This document shows, piece after piece, positions 9,140 to 17,438 of a DNA stretch of 24,631 nucleotides. How positions within the stretch are numbered: the first letter of the stretch is position 1; every line of letters starts with the position of its first letter. The notes beneath the pieces are model-generated. The model saw nothing but the letters and a program-made list of their open reading frames with translations, did not search any database and had not been told where the DNA came from. Location: assembly GCA_034722955.1 (NCBI GenBank), contig JAYEOM010000001.1:38987-63617 (forward strand), written 5' to 3'. The position numbers were made by a program, and so were the translations under genes. This DNA is from Campylobacterota bacterium (GTDB taxonomy: Bacteria; Campylobacterota; Campylobacteria; Campylobacterales; Sulfurovaceae).

Positions 9140-10105
9140 ATGAGTAAAAATCGCAAAATTATAGATACTGAGATGGGAGAGAATACCAACATCAAAGAGC
9201 AGATACATGAAGATCGAAGAGATGAGACCCGTGAGAGTTTCGAGGAGGGGAAGAGACGCGCAGCCAATAAAAAAAAGGAGAGAGTGCCTGTCTGGATAAA
9301 ACAGGAGGTACTTGACTATGAAGATGAGCTATCGACTCTACAGATAGAGTTGTTGAAAATGCAGAGATACATCAAAGAGAAAGAGCTGAAACTGTTGGTT
9401 ATCTTTGAGGGGCGTGATGCGGCAGGAAAGGGTGGTACCATCAAGCGTATCACAGAGCACATCAATCCCCGTGGAGCAAGAGTAGTAGCACTCAACAAGC
9501 CATCTGATGTAGAGAAGACACAGTGGTATTTTCAGCGTTATATACAGCACTTGCCAAATGGGGGCGAGATAGTACTTTTTGATCGCAGTTGGTACAATCG
9601 CGGAGGTGTCGAACCTGTCTTGGGTTTTTGTACTCAAGAGGAGCATCAGAACTTCCTGCTCACCGTACCTCTACTAGAGAGAATGCTGGTCAATGCCGGT
9701 ATCATTCTCATCAAGCTCTACTTCTCTATCAGCAAAGATGAAGAGGAGAAGCGATTTAAGGAGCGGTCTACCAATCCTCTCAAACAGTATAAACTATCAC
9801 CTACAGATCAATATTCACAAACACTTTGGGATCAGTATACTATGGCAGAGCACTCAATGTTTATGGCTTCCCATACAGAAATTGCTCCTTGGAGAGTTAT
9901 AGAGTCCAACAATAAGAAAAAAGCACGCATCAATGCTATCAAACATATCTTGAATCAGATCGATTATCCAGATAAGCTCAAAAAGAAAAAGTTGAAAGAG
10001 AACAAAAAGATCAGCTTCTCTGCCAATGTAAAGATAGCAGAGTTTGATAAGTTATTTTTGACTAGACCGCCCCAAGAGGATGAGAAAGAGAGTTCAAAAG
10101 AGTAA
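9140..10105 (+). CDS. ppk2: Polyphosphate kinase 2
   Basis: FEGRDAAGKGG (Walker A), QWYFQRY, FDRSWYNR and KKARINAI motifs. Confidence 0.96.
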   Translation: MSKNRKIIDTEMGENTNIKEQIHEDRRDETRESFEEGKRRAANKKKERVPVWIKQEVLDYEDELSTLQIELLKMQRYIKEKELKLLVIFEGRDAAGKGGTIKRITEHINPRGARVVALNKPSDVEKTQWYFQRYIQHLPNGGEIVLFDRSWYNRGGVEPVLGFCTQEEHQNFLLTVPLLERMLVNAGIILIKLYFSISKDEEEKRFKERSTNPLKQYKLSPTDQYSQTLWDQYTMAEHSMFMASHTEIAPWRVIESNNKKKARINAIKHILNQIDYPDKLKKKKLKENKKISFSANVKIAEFDKLFLTRPPQEDEKESSKE

Positions 10106-10115
10106 ATAGTATATA

Positions 10116-13100
10116 CTATATCTTGGATATATAAAACTCGATCAGATCTCTATCCGCGATATTTGGGATGATGAAATCATAATCTTCGACCCTTAGGTTA
10201 GCCTCTTTACCTAAGGGCTTATCGATAAAGACAATATTTTTAACATGTTTTTTGTGAAGTATTTCGATAAGATGGTGATTGTTCTCCAAGATCAGAGCGT
10301 CTGCAAATGAGTAGATGTAGTTGACTGTTTCGAGTCTGTTTTTGTAACTTTTTAGATCACGCACTACATCAACAGTGTATCCTATACCTTTGAGGATAGC
10401 TTCAAACATTTTGCTATTGAGATCTCTCTCTCGATAGAGAATGATATCTGCAGAGTCACTATCGTAAGTGACATTGTCCGGAAAATAGCCTTTGAGTAGA
10501 GCCTTCATGGTTTTTAACTCAATGGGTTTTGGTAAAAACTCATCCATACCCTCCTTGATGAGTCTCTCTCTGTCACCCTTGAGATTGTTGGCTGTCAATG
10601 CAACGATAGGAACATGAGGGACTTGATTTTCCTCTTCATATTCCAGGATAGCATGTGTCGCTTCTACGCCGCCCATGATCGGCATTTGGATATCCATAAA
10701 TACCAAGTCATAATCATTCTCTTTTCTTAGATCTAATGCCACTTGTCCATTTTGGGCAATCTCTACAGTGATATTTATATTGGATAGTGCATGAGTGATT
10801 AACTTCTGGTTGATTGTGTTATCCTCTGCCACAAGAATAGAGAGATTGTTGAAGGTGTAGCTATCATCTTCACTGTGCTCTTTTTTCTCTATGATCCCCT
10901 TGCTCTCTATATTTAGATTACTGATGGCAGATATGCCTCTTTTGATCTTTGTAAAAGTGCTTGGTTTGTAGATAATATACTCTGCATAAGAGAGAGACTC
11001 TCTCTCCTCCTCTCGTCGCACAGTATTGTGTCTGGAGATATAAACGATTTTTAACTCTCCTTTTGGATATTTTTTGAGCTCATTTATATCAACATTTTCC
11101 ACAAACAAAATATCAGGTTTATGCTCATCGTCAAGATCAAACACCTCCTCTAGCGAAGCATACTCTATGTAGTTTGCACCTGTAGCTTTGATATACTCTC
11201 TTATATTCTCTTTTTCATCCCCCAAGAGATCTTTTTGTGGCATATAAAAGCCGATACTGTAGTCATTCTTTTCGAGAGGCAATATAGAGACCTCTGGCAA
11301 ATTCAAAGTAAAGAAGAATGTAGCTCCTTCCCCTTCCATACTATCAATATCGAGTTTGCCTCCCATAGCTAAAATCAATTTTGTTGAGATAGTCAATCCT
11401 AAACCGGTACCGCCAAACTTACGATTTGTAGAGATATCTGCTTGTGAAAATGCTTTGAAGATACTCTCTTTCTGTTCAGCACTGACACCAATACCCGAAT
11501 CCTTGACAGAGAATCTTATACTTGAAGTTTTATCCTCTTGGGCAATTTTTTCTATCCTCACCTCTACCTTGCCGCTGTCTGGTGTAAACTTGATGGCATT
11601 ACTTATGAGATTGACTAGTATCTGAGTAATCTTAGTTGGATCACCCTGCATGGTTTTAGTGATTTTGGGATCGATAAAGAGTTCAAGTTCGATATTTTTC
11701 TCATCAGCTCTTGCTCCATAAGACTCTATAGCAGACTCAAAGACTTCAAAGGGATTAAACTCAATCTTCTCTAGATCGACTTTATCCTCTTGAATCTTAG
11801 CTAGATCAAGGATATCATTGACGATTATCAGAAGATTTTCTGAACTATTATCTATAATAGTGATAAATTCACTCTGCTCCTCCGTCAAGTTGGTACTTCT
11901 CAATAGTTGAGTAAAGCCAACTATACCATTGAGAGGTGTTCTGATCTCATGTGACATATTTGCAAGAAATAGATCTTTTGTTCTGTTGGCATCTGCTATC
12001 GTATTTGCCATAAAGTTATATATCTTGACCTTCTCTTGCTTTTTGATGATAAGATTGAGCTCTTCTCTCTGTTCATCATTAAGATTGAGGCTAATATCCT
12101 CAATAGCCTCTTTGAACTCTTTGGCATCTCTACGGTAGGATTGAAATATAACATGAAGAATCAAAATAATGATAATCAAAGCAGCGATCAAGGAGAGTAA
12201 AAAGTATAACTGCTTCTTCTTTTGTGAAATATTTTCATTAAGAATTTGGTTGACTGATGAGGAGATGAGATTTTCTACTCTGGAGATCTCAGATATTTTT
12301 TCTGTCTGTACTCTATACCATTTTTTACTCTGAGAGGATTTGAGATTGTTATTGGCAGAGTTGAATATAACCTCTGTTCTCTCTATATCTACCTTATTGG
12401 AGTATATATTTTTATCAAATGAGAGATCCTTTTTTTGACCAAAAGAGCTATCCTTTAGACTATCTAGCAGAGGAGTATAGTCTCTATCTATCAGCAGATC
12501 CCATACTTCAAAATCTTTATCTGTCAACGGAGTACTCTTGTTGATCTTATACGATATAAAACCTCTCTCAACTGCACTGTTTTCCCTGATCTTTACTAAC
12601 TTAAGATATAGATCAAGAATCACTTTATTTGATTTGAGCTCTTCTAGTTGTATAAGTTTGTCAAGCTTTAAGAGTTTGACATAGGTATAGAGTTGACTCT
12701 TCTCCTTTTGACTCTCCAGCTTCTTTTGAAATTTAGCCATCTCATCAATGATGGGATTGCTGAATCTATCTCTGTAATTTTTAAAAAAGAACTCATCAAA
12801 TGGTATGTCATGAAGCTTGATCCTGCTTCTGATTTCACTCAAATCTTCTAAATTTTTGAGTAAGTTTTTAGATCCTTTTATATCCGTATTACTCTTTATG
12901 GAGTCAATGATACTATCTACAGTACCTTGTTGATTTTTAAGTTTTTCAAAACTATTTTGATCATCTGAGTCTCCCATATATATAGCAGCCAATCCTCTCT
13001 CTTCGTCTATATTGAGAAGCAGGCTATTTAGCTCCTCAAGATAAACAAGTTGTTTTTTGGAGTCAGAAAAAGTTTTATACTCATTGTACTCTAGATATGA

Positions 13101-13181
13101 GTAGTAGGAGAGGAGAAGAGCTATGACAAACAGAGGAACCAAAACCATAGATTCGAGAAATTTACTATTAACCGTTTTCAT
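10116..13181 (-). CDS. Hybrid sensor histidine kinase: TM-NIT(nitrate/nitrite-sensing)-TM-HisKA-HATPase-degenerate REC-REC-degenerate REC
   Basis: NIT-like motifs EERGLAAIY and RENSAVERG. H-box NMSHEIRTPLNG, N-box NLISNAIKFT, G-boxes DSGIG and GGTGLGL. Receiver ILVAEDN...FMDIQMP...PKP. Confidence 0.9.
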   Translation of the reverse strand: MKTVNSKFLESMVLVPLFVIALLLSYYSYLEYNEYKTFSDSKKQLVYLEELNSLLLNIDEERGLAAIYMGDSDDQNSFEKLKNQQGTVDSIIDSIKSNTDIKGSKNLLKNLEDLSEIRSRIKLHDIPFDEFFFKNYRDRFSNPIIDEMAKFQKKLESQKEKSQLYTYVKLLKLDKLIQLEELKSNKVILDLYLKLVKIRENSAVERGFISYKINKSTPLTDKDFEVWDLLIDRDYTPLLDSLKDSSFGQKKDLSFDKNIYSNKVDIERTEVIFNSANNNLKSSQSKKWYRVQTEKISEISRVENLISSSVNQILNENISQKKKQLYFLLSLIAALIIIILILHVIFQSYRRDAKEFKEAIEDISLNLNDEQREELNLIIKKQEKVKIYNFMANTIADANRTKDLFLANMSHEIRTPLNGIVGFTQLLRSTNLTEEQSEFITIIDNSSENLLIIVNDILDLAKIQEDKVDLEKIEFNPFEVFESAIESYGARADEKNIELELFIDPKITKTMQGDPTKITQILVNLISNAIKFTPDSGKVEVRIEKIAQEDKTSSIRFSVKDSGIGVSAEQKESIFKAFSQADISTNRKFGGTGLGLTISTKLILAMGGKLDIDSMEGEGATFFFTLNLPEVSILPLEKNDYSIGFYMPQKDLLGDEKENIREYIKATGANYIEYASLEEVFDLDDEHKPDILFVENVDINELKKYPKGELKIVYISRHNTVRREEERESLSYAEYIIYKPSTFTKIKRGISAISNLNIESKGIIEKKEHSEDDSYTFNNLSILVAEDNTINQKLITHALSNINITVEIAQNGQVALDLRKENDYDLVFMDIQMPIMGGVEATHAILEYEEENQVPHVPIVALTANNLKGDRERLIKEGMDEFLPKPIELKTMKALLKGYFPDNVTYDSDSADIILYRERDLNSKMFEAILKGIGYTVDVVRDLKSYKNRLETVNYIYSFADALILENNHHLIEILHKKHVKNIVFIDKPLGKEANLRVEDYDFIIPNIADRDLIEFYISKI

Positions 13182-13190
13182 ATTTTCCCT

Positions 13191-13955
13191 TTATTGGTTT
13201 TTACTATGATAAATTTCAAGAACTCTAGCGTTTTTTCTTACCTCTAGAGAGGCGAGTAGTACAATGTTTGGAGCTTTTAACTTCTTGTTATTGAGATAAA
13301 ACTTTTTAAGAACTATCCAGTTCCCTCTTAGCTTGACCAGATGAGATAGGTTTTCTGGAGAGTATTTGTACTCTTCAAGAAGTGATAGATCTCTCTCCAT
13401 CTCCTCTATGGATTGATTGAGCATCTCTGCATAATTTATACCGTCTCCTCCTATCAGAATCGCCATATAATATTTGGTCATTCTCTCAACTAGAAAAGAG
13501 ATATCTTTCATATCCATCATCATTTTTTCCTCTTTAGAGGGTGTATAGTCAATATTTCTATTGATAGACTCGGCTCCCTCCAAAAGAATCTCACTATAGT
13601 CTAGCATCAGAGATGGATTATCCTTGTCAAAAGGGTCACGGAGTACATCCTCTATCCTCTCTTTAGTATAATCCAAAAAAGCAAGTACATCTTTTGAATC
13701 TTCATCTTTTGTAGTCTTGGCAATTAGACGAAACTGCTTATCAAGGTCTGCAAGTCCGCTCTCTGCCATCTTTTTGTAGTGAATTTTTTTTGGATTACTG
13801 TAAAAATAGAGATAGTTCTTTGAAATTTCCTGACTATCTAGGCGAATATTTTCAGATGCCTGCATAAGCAAAACTTGATTTCTGATAGAAGCAGCAGATA
13901 CAAATGATAAGAAAAAGATAAACAATAATCCAATTTTTACAATACTCTTTGTCAT
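13191..13955 (-). CDS. Secreted protein with two degenerate PilJ/NarX-like helical domains
   Basis: Signal peptide. ASENIRLDSQEISKNYLY and DISFLVERMTKYYMA align by eye with the neighbour's AGKQRMLSQRMAKDYFY and AGKQRMLSQRIGKYYIA. LMLDYSEILLEG resembles IILDLSESMLEG. Confidence 0.7.
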   Translation of the reverse strand: MTKSIVKIGLLFIFFLSFVSAASIRNQVLLMQASENIRLDSQEISKNYLYFYSNPKKIHYKKMAESGLADLDKQFRLIAKTTKDEDSKDVLAFLDYTKERIEDVLRDPFDKDNPSLMLDYSEILLEGAESINRNIDYTPSKEEKMMMDMKDISFLVERMTKYYMAILIGGDGINYAEMLNQSIEEMERDLSLLEEYKYSPENLSHLVKLRGNWIVLKKFYLNNKKLKAPNIVLLASLEVRKNARVLEIYHSKNQ

Positions 13956-14776
13956 TATTTCTCCAACACCTTAACATACATAGCTACAATTTTGTTCATC
14001 TTGGAGGTGATATCGTCAGTAGTAGAGAAGACGATGATAGGAAGTCCGCCCTTCTCTATATTGAGATAAAATTTGTAGACTATTTTCCACATTTTGTTGA
14101 CTCTCAAAAGCTCTTTTTGTATCTGGGGGGTGTTGCCTTCGCTGTTTATAAGTTTGTTGAGAGCGGTATCAAACTCCTTGACAGTCTCTTTCATCTGTGT
14201 AACAGTGTTATCATCCCTGATCCCTGCTTGATAGGCAATATAATATTTTCCTATACGCTGAGAGAGCATTCTCTGTTTTCCTGCCATGTCGATGATCTCA
14301 TTGGATGATTTACCCTTGGCGAGAGCTTGTACTATATAGTTGCTTCCCTCAAGCATAGATTCGCTCAGGTCAAGAATAATCGTACCATTGTCAACACTGT
14401 AATCCTCTTTTGAGATACTTATAAACTCATCAAGACTCATATCAACAAAAGCGATGAGATTGGTAATCTCCTCATCTTTGATATTGTCAGTCAAGAGTTT
14501 TTGAGTACTCTTGAAATCTGCCAGAGTTGTTTTGAGTTGTCTATTGGCATTGCTCTTGTTGATCTTTTTTCCGGCATAAAAATAATCTTTTGCCATCCTC
14601 TGTGAGAGCATTCTCTGTTTTCCTGCCATATCAACCATCTGCCCTTCAGAGATGACTGATTGTGCAGATTGTGTCTCTATAGAAGTATCAGAAGTGGCAC
14701 CACTCTCCTGAGCAAACGCAACACTACCGACAAAGAGTGCTCCTATCGTTACAGTTTTTACTATATTCTTAATCAT
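13955..14776 (-). CDS. Secreted tandem PilJ/NarX-like (P-box) domain protein
   Basis: Signal peptide ending VAFA, two DMAGKQRMLSQR motifs, and no second TM or signalling domain. Confidence 0.88.
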   Translation of the reverse strand: MIKNIVKTVTIGALFVGSVAFAQESGATSDTSIETQSAQSVISEGQMVDMAGKQRMLSQRMAKDYFYAGKKINKSNANRQLKTTLADFKSTQKLLTDNIKDEEITNLIAFVDMSLDEFISISKEDYSVDNGTIILDLSESMLEGSNYIVQALAKGKSSNEIIDMAGKQRMLSQRIGKYYIAYQAGIRDDNTVTQMKETVKEFDTALNKLINSEGNTPQIQKELLRVNKMWKIVYKFYLNIEKGGLPIIVFSTTDDITSKMNKIVAMYVKVLEK

Positions 14777-14787
14777 TCTCTTGCTCC

Positions 14788-15555
14788 TTATTTCACATCT
14801 ACATAGAGTTTAGTCACATCGTTCATCTTCTTGGTTATCTTATTGGAGGAGCGAGCGATGAGACTTGGGATAAATTTTTTGGATTTTGATACGCCTAGTA
14901 CTTCAAAAAACATAAAGTCTTTTTTGACAGCAAGAAGACCAGCATTGATCTTATCTGTATTTTTAGGAAAAGCTTCTAGCTTTTTTTGTGCATCGGAGAA
15001 CTGATCCATAGACTTCTTCAGATCACTATCATCCATACCTACACCCCAGACTTTTAGCATATAGAGACTTGCCAATCTCTGGGAGAGCATTCTCTGTCGT
15101 CCGGATACATTGATAATCTCACCCGTACTCTCTTTGGAAGTTGCTGCGATAGCATTTGTCGCCTTATGTGCAGCAGCCAAGAGTTGATTGACAGAGTTAA
15201 ATATCTCTACAACTTTATCTTTATTTGGTGGAGAGAGAAGCTCTTTTTTGAGTGGCTCCCAGAGTGTGTCAACCTCTTGGAGAGCTTCAAAAGAGGGCTT
15301 ATCTCTCTCCTTTGCAAATGCCAACAGGTCAACTAGGGTAACTGAAAAGAGATCTGCTGACTTTTGCAGCTCCTCTTGGGGGCTTCCAAATGTTATCTTC
15401 ATGCCTATCATAGAGTAGTCTTTCATCATTCTCTGAGAGAGCATTCTCTGTTTCCCAGCTTTATTGATAGCATCATTGAGAGTTGTTATCTCTGCTTGAG
15501 AGAGTGTCACGAGAGAGCTTATCATAAAGATCCCCGATAGTATTTTTCTTTTCAT
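14788..15555 (-). CDS. Secreted tandem PilJ/NarX-like (P-box) domain protein
   Basis: Start at ATG 15555 (GGAGA RBS), signal peptide ending SQA, motifs INKAGKQRMLSQR and INVSGRQRMLSQR. Confidence 0.88.
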   Translation of the reverse strand: MKRKILSGIFMISSLVTLSQAEITTLNDAINKAGKQRMLSQRMMKDYSMIGMKITFGSPQEELQKSADLFSVTLVDLLAFAKERDKPSFEALQEVDTLWEPLKKELLSPPNKDKVVEIFNSVNQLLAAAHKATNAIAATSKESTGEIINVSGRQRMLSQRLASLYMLKVWGVGMDDSDLKKSMDQFSDAQKKLEAFPKNTDKINAGLLAVKKDFMFFEVLGVSKSKKFIPSLIARSSNKITKKMNDVTKLYVDVK

Positions 15556-15771
15556 TTCGATCTCCATAGTTCTTTGAGTCGTATTTCTCAATACATATAA
15601 AAAGTATAGATCAATTCTATCAAGTTTCGGCTAATAAAAGCCCAAATGAGTCTATTTAGATAGGTCTTGTTTTTAAAGTGTGAAATTTGGTAAAATCTTA
15701 GGCTACTCAAAGGGAATAAACATATAATTTATAGATAGCAAAGAGTTACAATTAAGAGGCATAAAATCAGA

Positions 15772-15848
15772 TGGCGCGGTGGACGAGACTCGAACTCGCG
15801 ACCCCCTGCGTGACAGGCAGGTATTCTAACCAACTGAACTACCACCGC
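15772..15848 (-). tRNA. tRNA-Asp(GTC)
   Basis: GCGGTGG...CCTGC-CT-GTC-AC-GCAGG...GTTCGAGTC...CCACCGC-G-CCA, 77 nt. Confidence 0.98.
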
Positions 15849-15870
15849 ACATATAATTAATAAGGAGTGA

Positions 15871-15879
15871 ATTATATCA
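15871..15879 (-). promoter_or_regulatory. Putative internal extended -10 promoter (TGaTATAAT) for the last tRNA-Asp
   Basis: Minus strand reads ttaagttaagctTGATATAAT, 22 nt upstream of tRNA-Asp. This stretch is absent from the paralogous Val-Asp spacer. Confidence 0.55.
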
Positions 15880-15975
15880 AGCTTAACTTAATCAAACCTA
15901 AAACAATAAACTTTAAAGTCAACTTTTTACCAACGAAATTTAGTTTCGTGAGCCGTCTGCTGAAGACGATAATAG

Positions 15976-16051
15976 TGGTGGTCGCTACAAGACTCGAACT
16001 TGTGACATCTACCTTGTAAGGGTAGCGCTCTACCAACTGAGCTAAGCGACC
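15976..16051 (-). tRNA. tRNA-Val(TAC)
   Basis: GGTCGCT...CTACC-CT-TAC-AA-GGTAG...AGCGACC-A-CCA, 76 nt. Confidence 0.98.
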
Positions 16052-16130
16052 TACAAATAAAACTGACCATCTAAAGATATAATTGCGAAACCAGTTTCGC
16101 GAGCCGTCTGCTGAAGGCAATATCAATAAG

Positions 16131-16206
16131 TGGCGACCCTTAGAGGATTTGAACCTCTGTTTCTGCGTTGAAAACGCAGTATCCTTGGCCACTAGATGAA
16201 AGGGTC
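16131..16206 (-). tRNA. tRNA-Glu(TTC)
   Basis: GACCCTT...CTGCG-TT-TTC-AA-CGCAG...GTTCAAATC...AAGGGTC-G-CCA. Confidence 0.96.
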
Positions 16207-16230
16207 ATCTAGTCCATATTAAGTCATAAG

Positions 16231-16306
16231 TGGTGACCCGTCTAGGATTCGAACCTAGGGCCCATTCCTTAAAAGGGAATTGCTCTACCAACTGAGCTAA
16301 CGGGTC
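16231..16306 (-). tRNA. tRNA-Lys(TTT)
   Basis: GACCCGT...ATTCC-CT-TTT-AA-GGAAT...ACGGGTC-A-CCA. Confidence 0.98.
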
Positions 16307-16375
16307 ATATAATCATTCAACATAAAACAGAAGCAATAAATTACATGAGTAGCCTGCTGAAGACAATATTGTAAA

Positions 16376-16452
16376 TGGCGCGGTGGACGAGACTCGAACT
16401 CGCGACCCCCTGCGTGACAGGCAGGTATTCTAACCAACTGAACTACCACCGC
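16376..16452 (-). tRNA. tRNA-Asp(GTC), second copy
   Basis: Same sequence as 15772-15848. Confidence 0.98.
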
Positions 16453-16525
16453 ACCTAAAACAGTAAATATCAACTTTTACTAATGAAACTAGTTTCATGA
16501 GCCGTCTGCTGAAGACGATAAAACA

Positions 16526-16601
16526 TGGTGGTCGCTACAAGACTCGAACTTGTGACATCTACCTTGTAAGGGTAGCGCTCTACCAACTGAGCTAAGCGAC
16601 C
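16526..16601 (-). tRNA. tRNA-Val(TAC), second copy
   Basis: Same sequence as 15976-16051. Confidence 0.98.
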
Positions 16602-16686
16602 AAATAAATATGTGATGACATTTTCATACAAAAGGCATAGATCAACAAAACTAGTTTCGTGAGCCGTCTGCTGAAGACGATATACA

Positions 16687-16762
16687 TGGTGACCCGTCTA
16701 GGATTCGAACCTAGGGCCCATTCCTTAAAAGGGAATTGCTCTACCAACTGAGCTAACAGGTC
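16687..16762 (-). tRNA. tRNA-Lys(TTT), second copy
   Basis: Same as 16231-16306 except C5->T, which gives a U5-G68 wobble pair in the acceptor stem. Confidence 0.97.
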
Positions 16763-16798
16763 ACACTCTTTACCTACTCTACTGAATAAGTGGACGAA

Positions 16799-16827
16799 AT
16801 TATATCTGATAAAGCTTCAATTGTCAA
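16799..16827 (-). promoter_or_regulatory. Consensus sigma70 promoter of the tRNA operon
   Basis: Minus strand TTGACA (16827-16822), 17-nt spacer, TATAAT (16804-16799), 36 nt upstream of tRNA-Lys. Confidence 0.9.
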
Positions 16828-16856
16828 GAGATTCTTTAAAAAAGTGCCAAAATCTG

Positions 16857-17360
16857 TTACTTTAGGTTTTTAGCCAAAATATTTATAGCTTTTTGGGTTG
16901 CCGACTCTTGTACCTCATCACGCGTACCTTCAAAGTGAAACTTCTCAACTCTACTATATGACGGAGTAAGCAGACCTATATATACAGTACCTACGGGCTT
17001 GAGCTCTGTACCGCCTGTAGGACCTGCTATACCGCTCACGGCGATAGCATAGTCGGACTCTGCCATCTTCTGTATACCTACCAACATCTCCTCTACACAC
17101 TCACGACTCACAGCCCCAAAATCTATCAAAGTCTCTTCCCTAACTCCCAACCATTGATGCTTGATCTCATTAGAGTATGTCACACAAGAGCCATTCAGTA
17201 CAGCAGAAGCCCCAGATATAGCAGTAAAAGCAGATGCGATCTGCCCACCGGTACAACTCTCTGCAAAGGTAATAGTTTGATGTTGCTGGGTTAAGTAGTC
17301 GATGATCTGTTTGGCAAAAACAGATGATGGGATAAGTTCATCCAGTGTGTAAGCCACCAT
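16857..17360 (-). CDS. cinA: CinA C-terminal domain / PncC-like NMN deamidase
   Basis: TITFAESCTGG, TYSNEIK, GAVS, SGIAGPTGG and KPVGTV motifs. Start reassigned to ATG 17360 (GGAGA RBS). Confidence 0.93.
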   Translation of the reverse strand: MVAYTLDELIPSSVFAKQIIDYLTQQHQTITFAESCTGGQIASAFTAISGASAVLNGSCVTYSNEIKHQWLGVREETLIDFGAVSRECVEEMLVGIQKMAESDYAIAVSGIAGPTGGTELKPVGTVYIGLLTPSYSRVEKFHFEGTRDEVQESATQKAINILAKNLK

Positions 17361-17375
17361 CTTCTCTCCATGTCT

Positions 17376-17438
17376 TAAACCCGAACTATGCAATAGAGAT
17401 TACTAAACTAGCATTTGTCATTGCACAATTCGGGTTTA
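17376..17438. mobile_element. MITE-like or collapsed-IS remnant with 19-bp imperfect terminal inverted repeats
   Basis: taaacccgaactatgcaat (17376-17394) matches the reverse complement of 17420-17438 (taaacccgaattgtgcaat) at 17/19, around a 25-bp core. The outer TA/TTA could be a target duplication. Confidence 0.55.

Larger units (their letters stand above)
15933..16682 (-). repeat. Five copies of a ~38-bp tRNA-linked double-hairpin repeat
   Basis: Consensus (+) a[c/t]gaaactagtttc[g/a]tgagccgtctgctgaagacgata at 15933-15971, 16085-16122, ~16333-16368 (degenerate), 16483-16520 and 16645-16682. Each copy starts 4-8 nt 3' of a tRNA CCA end. Confidence 0.92.

Noticed and set aside
13191..15555. 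Type IV pilus chemoreceptors (pilJ) or MCPs
   Set aside because: Only the periplasmic ligand-binding domain is present, with no HAMP or MCP signalling domain and no pil/che genes.
15600..15630. FNR/NssR-type box upstream of the PilJ operon
   Set aside because: TTGAT half-sites occur only in direct orientation (ttgatagaattgat), not as TTGAT-N4-ATCAA. This is more likely an extended -10.
15600..15848. tRNA-targeted genomic island or prophage attachment site
   Set aside because: There is no integrase and I found no separate duplicated tRNA 3' fragment. The duplicates are complete tRNA genes.
15872..16192. 106-aa ORF in the track
   Set aside because: It overlaps tRNA-Val and tRNA-Glu on the same strand, so it is spurious.
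15933..16682. CRISPR array (regularly recurring ~38-bp partly palindromic repeats)
   Set aside because: The intervening sequences are tRNA genes plus spacer DNA of 110-210 nt, the repeats are degenerate, and there are no cas genes.
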